64,000 bases of DNA from Bdellovibrionia bacterium (GTDB lineage Bacteria > Bdellovibrionota > UBA1018), in contig JBBARP010000009.1 in assembly GCA_040399745.1 (NCBI GenBank), positions 117,665 to 181,664 of the forward strand, written 5' to 3'. Below are positions 9,598 to 18,630 of the stretch, in pieces. The notes below the pieces were generated by a model. That model was not told the origin of the DNA, did not search any database, and saw only the letters and a program-made list of their open reading frames with translations. A program made the translations under genes and the position numbers. How positions within the stretch are numbered: the first letter of the stretch is position 1; each line of letters begins with the position of its first letter.

Positions 9598-10667
9598 TGG
9601 CACACATGGCACAGGCCATCCGCATGGCCCTCCACTACGGAGAAAAGAATCTCGGATTGAAGGAAGTTTTCGGTGAAGACGTGGGTCCGCCGCTCGGTGG
9701 CGTGTTCACGGCTTCGCAAGGCATCGAATGCGCATGGAATGCTCCGCTCGACGAGCGCGGCATCATCGGCGCAGCGATTGGACTGGGTCTTTCGGGCGTG
9801 CGTTGCGTGGCCGAAATCCAGTTCTCTGACTACATCTACAACACCATCGACTTGCTCAAAGTGGCAGGCCTTCAGTCCTGGCAGTCCAACGGCGACTGGC
9901 ACTTGCCGATGACGGTCATGACTCCGGCAGGCTCGGGCATTCGTGGCTCGATCTATCACTCGCACTCGTTCGACGCGACCGCGACGCACTTGGCAGGGTG
10001 GAAGGTCGTGATGCCGTCGACTCCGCTCGACGCTTACGGACTCCTTCTGGCTTGTATGAAGGACCCGAATCCCACTCTGTACTTGAAGCCCAAAGCCCTT
10101 CTCCGCGTTCGCGGCGATGAGCAAATCCCCGGTGAGCCGCCGCTCACGGTGGAAGGCCAAAAGCAGTTGTCGCAGATGATCGACAAGCCGGTGGTGGGCG
10201 ATACTTCGAAGTGGAAACCCACTTGGCCGCAGTTGATCGACTACACGGTGCCGATCGGCCAAGGCAAAGTGACCCGCTCGGGCGAACACCTGACGGTCGT
10301 CACCTACGGCCGCCACGTGGCTCTCTGCAATCAGGCCGCAGACCAGCTTCTTCAGGAAGGCATTTCGGTGGAAGTCATCGATATGCGCACCCTGTTCCCG
10401 TACGACTGGGAGCTGATCAAGGGCTCGATCGTGAAGACTCGTCGCGCGCTGTTCGTGAACGAAGAACTGGAAGTGACGAACTTCGGAGAACACCTCATTC
10501 GCCGCACGGTGGAAGAGTTGTTCTACGAACTCGAAGCGCGTCCGCGCCTCCTGGCCGGCGCACACATCCCGGGCATCGGTCTGGCCGATCCGCTCGAGAT
10601 GGCTTCGGTTCCGCAGTTGAACCACATCGTGGCCGCAATCCGCGAAGTGGCAACCGAACGCGCCTGA
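9597..10667 (+). CDS. 2-oxoacid dehydrogenase E1 component, beta subunit (transketolase-like)
   Basis: FGEDVG..GGVF, IQFSDYI and MPSTP motifs. Its start overlaps the alpha-subunit stop (TAATG). Confidence 0.85.
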   Translation: MAHMAQAIRMALHYGEKNLGLKEVFGEDVGPPLGGVFTASQGIECAWNAPLDERGIIGAAIGLGLSGVRCVAEIQFSDYIYNTIDLLKVAGLQSWQSNGDWHLPMTVMTPAGSGIRGSIYHSHSFDATATHLAGWKVVMPSTPLDAYGLLLACMKDPNPTLYLKPKALLRVRGDEQIPGEPPLTVEGQKQLSQMIDKPVVGDTSKWKPTWPQLIDYTVPIGQGKVTRSGEHLTVVTYGRHVALCNQAADQLLQEGISVEVIDMRTLFPYDWELIKGSIVKTRRALFVNEELEVTNFGEHLIRRTVEELFYELEARPRLLAGAHIPGIGLADPLEMASVPQLNHIVAAIREVATERA

Positions 10668-10715
10668 TCTCGGGCCAAAAGGCCAAAGGATAGGCGAAAA
10701 GCCGTCAAAAAATTG

Positions 10716-10763
10716 AAAGCCCGCACTGTGGAGTCTCTCCCGGTGCGGGCTTTCCTCGTTTTT
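10716..10763 (+). terminator. rho-independent terminator after the E1 alpha/beta operon
   Basis: AAAGCCCGCAC ... GTGCGGGCTTT inverted repeat (11-bp stem) followed by CCTCGTTTTT. Confidence 0.65.
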
Positions 10764-10839
10764 CAGAACTTGCCCTGTAGCGCCTGTTCGCGCCCCCCCT
10801 TACACTGGAAAATGAGGAAAGGTGCGCGCCATGGCAGCT

Positions 10840-13299
10840 ATGCGAAAGAACAGGAAGTTCGGAGCGAAAGCTTGGGCTTGGTCGGGGAGTGTTTTAGGAG
10901 CAGCGCTCCTGACCTGGACCGGGCCGGCGGCTTTCAGCCAGGACACGTCGCCTTTTGATACCAAGCCCGGCGGCCAGAACCCGGTCTTTGGAACGGGAAC
11001 CGACCCCGCGGGATTTGGAAAAGTTTTAGTGAGCTGCCAGCCCACGCCGCTGAATGAAGCTTTTAAAGCTCTGGGGACGAAATCAGGCACCCCTGGAAAG
11101 GGTGCAAACGACGCTTCAGTGGCTTTGGCGCAGCTCATGGGCCAAGGCGTCAGCGCGGGCTCTGTGTGTGGAGCTGAAATAGCGATTCCCGATGATTCGC
11201 GTCGCACTTGCGAAACGTTCAACGCGGCCAGTATCCCCCAGCAAAAAAAGGCGCTCGAGCTCGCGCTTCTGCAACTTCAGTGTAAGCAGTCCAAGCTCCA
11301 AGCCATTCAAGGCGAGATGGATTGCTTGTCGAAGCAGGCAAATTCACTGGCCCAAATGATTCAACAGCTTCAGAACGGCGGCCCGGGCGGGCAGCCTCCG
11401 GGTGTTGCGGGCGAAATGGCCCGAATGGCGGGTGAAGCGGCTCAGATGAAGGGCTACATCGACGAGATGAGCGCGCTGGATCAAGAGGTGCTGAAGCGCC
11501 TCAAGGGCGACGAAGTGAGTGAAATGGAAGGTGCGACGAACCTTCTTAAGGCGCCGGATGACTTAGTGAAAAAAATGGGTGAGGAGCGCTTAAAAGCGGA
11601 GCAAGGAGTTGAGATTGCCAAACAATCGCGCATCACTTTGAATCAAACTTTCGATGCCGCTTTGGCCTCGGATGCAAGAGCGTGCTTAGCGACCCGAAAA
11701 GAGCCGACCTTTCTTTGTGCGGTGAATGGAAGCCCGGTCACCTTGCAAGAGCACATGAAGTGCATCGTCGAGCAGCAAACCCTTCGGGACGAGAAGGGGA
11801 ATCGAAAGCAAGATCAACTGAGCCAGCGCCAAGGCAGTTCCAAAGGGAGTGCTTTGGATGCGGTCCTGAATCAGCTTTTCTCGGATATGCCGGATAAAGT
11901 GGAGATCCCGGAAGATCTCACGAAGCTAACGCCGCCAGCCGGGAAAAATCGGATTCGGAAAGCTGAAGATATCGAGAAATTTTACGGTTCGAAACTTTCG
12001 GCGTTTAAGACTCAAAAAGGAACGGCCGCCGATTTTGTCAGCTTTTACGCGAAGAAATGCTTCTCAGAGGCTGCTCAGCGCCAAGCGCCTGCCAAGGCCC
12101 GCGCCAACGCTCAGTTCGAACTGCAGATGGAGGCGATGCGCTCGAACATGCGCGAGCAAATCCGCGGTTACGCCGAGTCCTACACGCGCGCACTGAAAGC
12201 GCTGACGGGCCAAAACTTTCCGCTCGATACTTCGGGTTGTGAGCGGCAGAAAATCGAGCTCGATGCGCAGCTCGCTTGCTACCGCGATATTCAGGAAAAC
12301 GTGCGGGGCATGATTCGCGGGAGCACCCCGAATTCGAAGATGACCCTTCGAATTCAAGGCGCAAAAAGCGCATTCTTGATGGACTGCAACGGCATCTCGG
12401 GATGCGTGGCAGCCCTTCAGCAAAAGCACACGCAAATTGACCAAGAAAAGCGCGCAGCGACTGTTTCGCGGCAAAACTACATTCAGACTTCCAACCGCAA
12501 CATCCAGAATTATTTCCGCCAAATTGCAGGGCAGCTTTCGCCACAAAGCCAGGCATTGATGGCGCATTTGAAGGCACTGAATCTGGCACTGGGATCACTC
12601 GGCGTTTCGAAATCCATCAAAATCGACTCGGTGAAAGCGGAAGATCCCGAGTTTGAAGAAGAAGCCGGAGCCGAAGGACGTGGGTCGGAAAAGGGCCTAA
12701 TGAAGCCGCCGAAAAACATCCTGAACTTCGTGGGCGGGATGATGTCGCCTCCGCTTCTGGATGTCTCAGCCGACGTATTTGAAGGCGGCGCTTCCGCCAT
12801 TGCGGACGGAGTGGAAAAGCTGAACGAGAAGCTCGCGAAAGTGACAGGCTCGGTTCAGCTTTTGGAAGACTTAGCGATACGCTGTCCGAAGGAAAAGGCC
12901 GAGAAGCTGGCGGAGGGATTGACGGGGCTTGCCGCTTCTCTGGCGGCGGGGGATTGTTTTGGGACGAAGGTGTGTGAGGACTCAAGTCCGCTTTCTGTTC
13001 TCTGGAAAAACTTGGTCGATCTTTCATCGATCGACATTTCCGTTCCACCGAATTTGAGTAAAGGCATTCTTTGCGATCCGAAAGCGGCTCTGGCGACGTG
13101 CGAAAAGCTGGCCAAAGATACGACGGATAAGAATGCATGTTCGACTAAAATTAGCTCTACAACTACAGGTCAAGTGGATCCCTTCGGCAAGGAGTCGACT
13201 TGCGTGAAAGTCCTAGATTCGACTGGATCGCGGGCCAAGCGCATCCTCGACGTCTTCGGCAAAACCGGCGATTCAGGGGCGAACACCGTCGAAAACTGA
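10840..13299 (+). CDS. large secreted cysteine-rich coiled-coil protein, function unknown
   Basis: ORF 10822..13299 with a signal peptide (MRKNRKFGAKAWAWSGSVLGAALLTWTGPAAFS). More than 20 Cys, long Q/A/K/E-rich helical stretches, and no recognisable enzymatic motif. Confidence 0.5.
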   Translation: MRKNRKFGAKAWAWSGSVLGAALLTWTGPAAFSQDTSPFDTKPGGQNPVFGTGTDPAGFGKVLVSCQPTPLNEAFKALGTKSGTPGKGANDASVALAQLMGQGVSAGSVCGAEIAIPDDSRRTCETFNAASIPQQKKALELALLQLQCKQSKLQAIQGEMDCLSKQANSLAQMIQQLQNGGPGGQPPGVAGEMARMAGEAAQMKGYIDEMSALDQEVLKRLKGDEVSEMEGATNLLKAPDDLVKKMGEERLKAEQGVEIAKQSRITLNQTFDAALASDARACLATRKEPTFLCAVNGSPVTLQEHMKCIVEQQTLRDEKGNRKQDQLSQRQGSSKGSALDAVLNQLFSDMPDKVEIPEDLTKLTPPAGKNRIRKAEDIEKFYGSKLSAFKTQKGTAADFVSFYAKKCFSEAAQRQAPAKARANAQFELQMEAMRSNMREQIRGYAESYTRALKALTGQNFPLDTSGCERQKIELDAQLACYRDIQENVRGMIRGSTPNSKMTLRIQGAKSAFLMDCNGISGCVAALQQKHTQIDQEKRAATVSRQNYIQTSNRNIQNYFRQIAGQLSPQSQALMAHLKALNLALGSLGVSKSIKIDSVKAEDPEFEEEAGAEGRGSEKGLMKPPKNILNFVGGMMSPPLLDVSADVFEGGASAIADGVEKLNEKLAKVTGSVQLLEDLAIRCPKEKAEKLAEGLTGLAASLAAGDCFGTKVCEDSSPLSVLWKNLVDLSSIDISVPPNLSKGILCDPKAALATCEKLAKDTTDKNACSTKISSTTTGQVDPFGKESTCVKVLDSTGSRAKRILDVFGKTGDSGANTVEN

Positions 13300-13342
13300 T
13301 CCCCCACGCCCACCGGTTTAGTGGTAGATCAGGCCCATCTTT

Positions 13343-14266
13343 ATGCGAATCCCGTTCGTGAAAATGGAAGGTCTGGGGAATGATTTTGTCGTCATCGACG
13401 ACCTGAGTCCGGTTCGGGAACTCAGGCCCGAGCCCACTATGGTGGGCGTTCCGCCGCTGACGCCTGACCTTGCCATTCGGATGTGCGATCGAAAGACCGG
13501 AATTGGCGCCGATCAGCTTCTTTGGCTCAGGCCCCCGAGTGACGCCACTCACGACGCCGAGATGCGGATTTTTAACGCCGACGGATCGACCGCAGAAATG
13601 TGCGGAAACGGCATTCGCGCTGTGGGCCTTTATTTAAGCCAGCGTGGAGCGCGGCCTGGGCGTGAGCTTTACACGATCGAAACACTGGCAGGCGTTTTGT
13701 CGGTCATGGTGAAGTCGCGCCAGTCAGTCACCGTCGATATGGGCCCCCCGGGCTTAGGCGCAGGCTTTAACCGGGGCGGAGAAGCCACCTCAGGCGAAAA
13801 AATCGATGTCCGCCCGGCTTTTCAGGAAGCAGGACTTGAGGCGCCTTTTGAGGAAGTGGAATTCTGGGAAGTGAGCATGGGGAACCCCCATGCCGTGATT
13901 TTTGTTCCGTCCTTGAAACAGTTTCCCTGCGAAGTGCTCGGGCCCTGGTTAGAAAAGCATCCGCGCTTTCCCAAGAGAACGAACTTGGAGTTCGTGGAAG
14001 TGCAGGCCCGAGACCGCGTGCAAGTGCGAGTGTGGGAGCGCGGTGCGGGCTTTACCCTGGCTTGCGGCACGGGCGGCTGCGCGACCGGAGTCGCCGCACT
14101 GGCTAACCGCAAAGTGCAGGGCGAAGTGACGGTCGTGATGCCGGGTGGGCCGCTCAAGATCTCGTGGTTTGGCCCAGGCGAATCCGTGATGATGGAAGGT
14201 CCTGCGACGTGGCTGGGCTCAGGAACCTTCGATTCCGAGACAGGTGAAATCCTGAATTCGCGCTGA
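13343..14266 (+). CDS. dapF: diaminopimelate epimerase
   Basis: MEGLGNDFVVID N-terminus plus two catalytic Cys motifs (CGNGIR and ACGTGGCA). Confidence 0.85.
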   Translation: MRIPFVKMEGLGNDFVVIDDLSPVRELRPEPTMVGVPPLTPDLAIRMCDRKTGIGADQLLWLRPPSDATHDAEMRIFNADGSTAEMCGNGIRAVGLYLSQRGARPGRELYTIETLAGVLSVMVKSRQSVTVDMGPPGLGAGFNRGGEATSGEKIDVRPAFQEAGLEAPFEEVEFWEVSMGNPHAVIFVPSLKQFPCEVLGPWLEKHPRFPKRTNLEFVEVQARDRVQVRVWERGAGFTLACGTGGCATGVAALANRKVQGEVTVVMPGGPLKISWFGPGESVMMEGPATWLGSGTFDSETGEILNSR

Positions 14267-14310
14267 GCCGCTGCTTTTGAGCCGCGGCTCAGTGACTTCT
14301 GAGCTCGATC

Positions 14311-14535
14311 TCAGTGATCGATGTTACTCAGCGGATTGATGTACAGACGGAACGTCTTGTCGCGGTGGCGACGGATTGCGAACACTCCGTTTTCTTTTTC
14401 CGTGGCCAAGCGATCGTAGAAAGCTTTATCCAGCTCGGCGATTTCCGAGACGGTCTTTCCTTCGTATTTTCCGAAATCGATGATCACTTGATCTTCTTCG
14501 ATGATTCCAGTGACCGGACTGCCGTTCTGACTCAT
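14311..14535 (-). CDS. small DUF3820-like protein (FGKYEGKT motif)
   Basis: Internal start MSQNGSPV; IIDFGKYEGKTVSEIAELDKAFYDRL resembles the FGKYKGKTL...DPGYL motif of the DUF3820 (quorum-sensing-regulated virulence factor) family. Confidence 0.4.
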   Translation of the reverse strand: MSQNGSPVTGIIEEDQVIIDFGKYEGKTVSEIAELDKAFYDRLATEKENGVFAIRRHRDKTFRLYINPLSNIDH

Positions 14536-14629
14536 TCCCTCATCCTCCCCAGGACTGGAAAAAAGTGTAGTAGCTCTTTGGTCGGGTTTCAACTGTCCGA
14601 CCACTTTTTGGCGGAATTTTGATTTGCAC

Positions 14630-14646
14630 CGCGTTAGCGTAACGCG
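14630..14646. promoter_or_regulatory. palindromic candidate operator CGCGTTA-GCG-TAACGCG upstream of purL
   Basis: Perfect 7-bp inverted arms with a 3-bp spacer, about 110 bp upstream of the purL start. Form is reminiscent of PurR-type dyad operators. Confidence 0.3.
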
Positions 14647-14757
14647 TCGTTTGGAAAGCCGTTTCCTTCGCTTTCGGGGATCTTCGGCGTTCTGGCGGCG
14701 TGTGCTAGAGTCCCAAGTTCTAGTTCATCTTGTACGGTCTTCTCCGGGGGTCTCCAG

Positions 14758-17700
14758 GTGTTTCTACGCATCGAAGTCGCTCAGCATCCTGAATTCGCCG
14801 ATCCTGCTGCTTCTGAACTGCTGCGGCAGGTGGAGCTTTCGTACCCTGCTATCCGAAAGAAGATTCGCTGGGCGCGTTGCCTTGAGGTGTTCTGGTTTGA
14901 TTTTCCGATGAGCCGCGAAGAAATGATTCCGGCCATCAACGAAGTGTTCTGGGACCCCGTGTTGAAGTGGATGTTCTCGGGCAACTTGATTCCTTCGGCA
15001 GCCGGCAAGCACGGCTCGATTTTGGATTTGATGGAAGCCGCTCCGCACCGACCGGGCCGCTTCTGGGCTTTGGAAACTCGCTACCGTCCGGGTGTGACGG
15101 ACCACTCGGCTCGAAGTGCGCTGACCGCACTTGAAGTGGTCGCAGGCCGCTCGCTTCCGGAAGGTCGAACGGCATCGGGAAGTTTGCTGCTTCTCGAAGG
15201 CCCGCAGCTCGACGAAGAAACGCTGGCCGTGATTGCTCGCGAAGTACTGTGCAATGAAATGATGGAGACTTGGACGCTCTACAGTGAAGCCGAGCTGATC
15301 AAGAGCGATCGCTTCCACCAAGAGCGCATTCGGCGGGATCTGCCGAAAATGGTGCTTCGGGGCGCTGACCGGATGGACACTTTTTCGCTCGGGCAATTGC
15401 CTGCGGGTGAATTGGCGGCGCTGGCTCGGAAGCGGAATTGGAATCTGAGCGAAGCCGAGATGGTCGCTATTCAGCAGCATTTCGCAAATCCAGCGCTTCG
15501 CGAACTTCGTCAGGCTCAGGGCTTGGGTGACCCGACGGAAGTGGAGCTGGAGACTTTTTCTCGCTGTTGGTCTGAGGCTGCGCGAGGAAAGCTTCTTTCG
15601 GCTGAAATTCGCTATCAAGACAATGACCCGCTACTCGGGGGACCTGAGATTTCTCGCGAGATCGACGGGCTTCATGCACAGACCGTGGGGCTGGCAAACG
15701 CCGAAATGCAGCGTCCTTGGATGCTCGCTGAGTTTCAAAATGGAACGGGCGCGCTCGCTTTCGATGACGATGACGCCATTACGCTTCGAAGCGAAGTGCA
15801 CTCAGATTCCTTGGCGCTTGATCCTCGCGCAGGCACGGCTTCAGGTGCGGCACGAGTGGTTCGAGGAGCAGTGGCAGTAGGCCCAGGCGCGCGTCCCTTT
15901 GCCGTGAACGACGTGCTTTGTACGGGAGCGCTGGATTACGCAGGTCCGTTGCCTGAAAGACTTCGGCATCCGCGCCGCGTTTTGGCAGGCTTCCGAGCTG
16001 GGCTAGAGCAGGGAATTACTTTGTCGGGAGTGCCCGTCGTCGGCGGGGCCATGGTTTTTGACGAAAGGTTCCTCGGCAAGCCTCAAGTGGTTTTCAGTTC
16101 AGCCGGGTTAGTGCCTCGTGCGCTGATTCCCGCTCCCGGAAATCCAGACGATCCGAACATTCCACGTCCGGGCGATCGCTTGTGCGTGGTGGGAAGCGCC
16201 GTGGGTCGCGACGGCTTTCAACCGCCGAACGAAATGATTTCCTCGACTCTGGTTCAGCGAGTCGATCCGACGCTTCAGAAAAAAGTGCTCGATCTGATTC
16301 TTGAAGCCCGCGAAATGGGCCTCGTTCGCTCGGTAACGACCGTTGCAGAAGGCGGTCTTTCTGTCGCTGCTTTCCGGGTCGGTTATTTGGCGGGCGGAGT
16401 GCGAGTGGATCTCGCTTCTCTCGATCAAAAGATTTCAGGCCTCAAGCCTTCTGAAATCTGGGTCAGCGAGACGCTGGAGCGAATGCTGGTGGCCTTAGAC
16501 CGAGAAAAACACGGCCTTTTCATGGCCCTGGCCGAGCGGCGCGGGGTTCCCGTGGCTGACTTGGGGGAGCTGACCCGTTCAGGACACCTGGAAGTGGACT
16601 GGGGAACTCGCCGGCTTGCTTTTGTGGAGCTCGACTTCATTCAACACGGTTGTCCTCGGGTGAAACTCGATGCGGTTTGGTCCGTTCCTGCCGAGATGCC
16701 GCAGGCTTTGCCAGGCTATTATTTCTCGCAACACGGCCGCCAAGCGCTCCTCGAGCTTCTCGCTCGACCCAATATCGCTTCGAAAGAGTGGCTACAAAGG
16801 GGCGTCGACCACGAACTTCAGGGCGCGTCTGTTCTGAAAGCTTTCTCCGGTCCGATTCAGCCGGGTGAGTCGCATGTTTCGCCTAATGACTGTTCGGTAC
16901 TTCGTCCGAAGTCGACTTCGTCTGCAGGCGTAGCGATCGCAACCGGCGTGGCACCTCGGTACTCGGATTGGGATCCTTACCTGATGGCGCAAGGTGTGGT
17001 CGACGAGGCTGTTCGCAACGTCGTGGCGGCAGGCGGCGAGTACGGCAACACCGACTCCGTTCTGGCCCTGGCAGCGAGTTTTTCTTGGGCAGATCCCACG
17101 CAGGATTCGTTCAGCTTAGCGGGTTTGGTGCGTGGGTTTTACGGGCTCAGGCAAGCCGCTTTGGAACTCTCCACGCCGATTCTTGCGGGGAACCACGCCT
17201 TTTCGGAAGAGTACCGCGGCCAAGTGCAAGGGAAGGATGTGCGTGTGCCCATCCCCGGAACGCTGACCGTGACGGCCGTCGCTCGCGTTCCAGAAGTTCG
17301 TTACGTTCGGAGCGCCGATTTTAAATCTCCGGGCGATGGAATTTACGTTTTAGGTGCCGAAGTGCTTGGCTTGGTTGGCTCAGAATACCACTCCATGCGC
17401 CCCGGAAACCTGCCGGGAACGCGGCCCCGCTTGCCCGAGCCGCGCTGGGATGGCGCGCGCCGCATTTACGCTTGGCTCGGAGGTACGCAAGGCAAAGAGC
17501 AAGTTCGCCTCAGGAGCGTGCACGATATTTCCGATGGCGGCCTTCTGGTTGCTGTTGCTGAGAGTTGCTTAGCTCGGAGTCTCGGCGCCGTGGTGGTGAC
17601 TCGGGACGAGCCTTGGGAAGCTTGGTTTGGCGAAGGCTTCAGCGCGTTTGTGGTCTCGGTCAGCGAGGCCGACGGCTTGCTGATGGAGTCGGAGTGGACG

Positions 17701-17853
17701 GAGCTGGGCATTCCCTGGCGCAAACTCGGTACAGTGAACGCGACCTCGAAACTAGAAGTGCGAAATCAGCAGCCCGATGGCTCGGTAGAATCTTGGGCCG
17801 TCGAGGTGGGTGAACTTCGCCGAGCCTGGAGGAAGGACGGGTACTGGCAATGA
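14758..17853 (+). CDS. purL: phosphoribosylformylglycinamidine (FGAM) synthase, synthetase subunit. It has the large-PurL-type N-terminal and linker domains but no glutaminase domain
   Basis: 1031 aa: a PurS-like N-terminal domain, a linker, and duplicated PurM-like domains. It ends before the glutaminase domain, which is supplied by the next gene. Confidence 0.85.
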   Translation: MFLRIEVAQHPEFADPAASELLRQVELSYPAIRKKIRWARCLEVFWFDFPMSREEMIPAINEVFWDPVLKWMFSGNLIPSAAGKHGSILDLMEAAPHRPGRFWALETRYRPGVTDHSARSALTALEVVAGRSLPEGRTASGSLLLLEGPQLDEETLAVIAREVLCNEMMETWTLYSEAELIKSDRFHQERIRRDLPKMVLRGADRMDTFSLGQLPAGELAALARKRNWNLSEAEMVAIQQHFANPALRELRQAQGLGDPTEVELETFSRCWSEAARGKLLSAEIRYQDNDPLLGGPEISREIDGLHAQTVGLANAEMQRPWMLAEFQNGTGALAFDDDDAITLRSEVHSDSLALDPRAGTASGAARVVRGAVAVGPGARPFAVNDVLCTGALDYAGPLPERLRHPRRVLAGFRAGLEQGITLSGVPVVGGAMVFDERFLGKPQVVFSSAGLVPRALIPAPGNPDDPNIPRPGDRLCVVGSAVGRDGFQPPNEMISSTLVQRVDPTLQKKVLDLILEAREMGLVRSVTTVAEGGLSVAAFRVGYLAGGVRVDLASLDQKISGLKPSEIWVSETLERMLVALDREKHGLFMALAERRGVPVADLGELTRSGHLEVDWGTRRLAFVELDFIQHGCPRVKLDAVWSVPAEMPQALPGYYFSQHGRQALLELLARPNIASKEWLQRGVDHELQGASVLKAFSGPIQPGESHVSPNDCSVLRPKSTSSAGVAIATGVAPRYSDWDPYLMAQGVVDEAVRNVVAAGGEYGNTDSVLALAASFSWADPTQDSFSLAGLVRGFYGLRQAALELSTPILAGNHAFSEEYRGQVQGKDVRVPIPGTLTVTAVARVPEVRYVRSADFKSPGDGIYVLGAEVLGLVGSEYHSMRPGNLPGTRPRLPEPRWDGARRIYAWLGGTQGKEQVRLRSVHDISDGGLLVAVAESCLARSLGAVVVTRDEPWEAWFGEGFSAFVVSVSEADGLLMESEWTELGIPWRKLGTVNATSKLEVRNQQPDGSVESWAVEVGELRRAWRKDGYWQ

Positions 17854-18617
17854 GCACTCCAAGAAAACCTCGCGCTTTGGTGCTGACGGGCGAAGGAATT
17901 AGTTGTGAGCGCGAAACCGCTCAAGGCTTCCTGCGCGCCGGTTTTGATGTGGAAGTACGCCACCTGAACGATTTGATCGTCGAGCGTTTCTCGCTCGATC
18001 AATTGTCGGCGCGCTTTCAAGTGTTGGTTCTGCCTGGCGGCGCGTCTCACGGCGCAGACTTGGGCGCGGGCAAGCTCCTGGCGCTTCGGATTTCTCACGG
18101 TTTAGGCTGGGATTTCTCGACCTTCGTTGCGCGCGGAGGATTGATCCTGGGGGTCAGCAACGGCTTTCAGGCCATGATCCGGATGGGCGTTTTCGGAAAG
18201 GATCTTTCGATTGCCCGCAATATCGACGGAAAATTCCAAGATATTTGGGTCCGCGTTTTGCCCTCGGGCAGCCGCTGCGTGTGGCTAAAAGGCGTGGGGC
18301 AAGTGGAGCTTCCTGTCAGGCACTCGGAAGGCCGAGTGATGATCGCTTCGTTCCGTCGGCGCGAGGTTCTGGCCAAGATGGAGCGCTACGGAATGATGTG
18401 CTTGCGCTACGAAAGCGATTTCAACGGAAGCGACGAGCGCATTGCAGGGCTTTGCGACCCGACGGGCCGAATCTTTGGCCTCATGCCGCACCCGGAAGCG
18501 TTTCTTCGTTGGACAGCGCACCCGGACTGGACGTATCAGCCGGGCAGGAGTGGTTCACCGGGACAAGGCGCTGAACTCTTTAACAACGCCTTTCAGGAAG
18601 CGCTTCGCTCGATCTGA
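17850..18617 (+). CDS. purQ: FGAM synthase glutamine amidotransferase subunit
   Basis: Class I glutamine amidotransferase with a C-terminal HPE triad region (LMPHPEAF). Its start overlaps the purL stop (ATGA). Confidence 0.8.
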   Translation: MSTPRKPRALVLTGEGISCERETAQGFLRAGFDVEVRHLNDLIVERFSLDQLSARFQVLVLPGGASHGADLGAGKLLALRISHGLGWDFSTFVARGGLILGVSNGFQAMIRMGVFGKDLSIARNIDGKFQDIWVRVLPSGSRCVWLKGVGQVELPVRHSEGRVMIASFRRREVLAKMERYGMMCLRYESDFNGSDERIAGLCDPTGRIFGLMPHPEAFLRWTAHPDWTYQPGRSGSPGQGAELFNNAFQEALRSI

Positions 18618-18630
18618 GCGATGAAGGTGG

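Noticed and set aside
9576-10625. 349-aa minus-strand ORF antisense to the E1 beta subunit (also 8509..9396 antisense to E1 alpha)
   Set aside because: The sense strand has clear TPP-enzyme motifs. The antisense ORFs lack any motif and are Arg/His-rich.
14575-14612. GGTCGG...CCGACC hairpin followed by ACTTTTTGG downstream of the DUF3820-like gene
   Set aside because: The T-run is on the plus strand, but no plus-strand gene ends there (dapF ends at 14266 and the local plus ORF is antisense). It could be a weak terminator or attenuator before purL, but the evidence is insufficient.
14764-15618. 284-aa minus-strand ORF inside purL
   Set aside because: It is antisense to a well-supported purL. 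No signal or motif seen.
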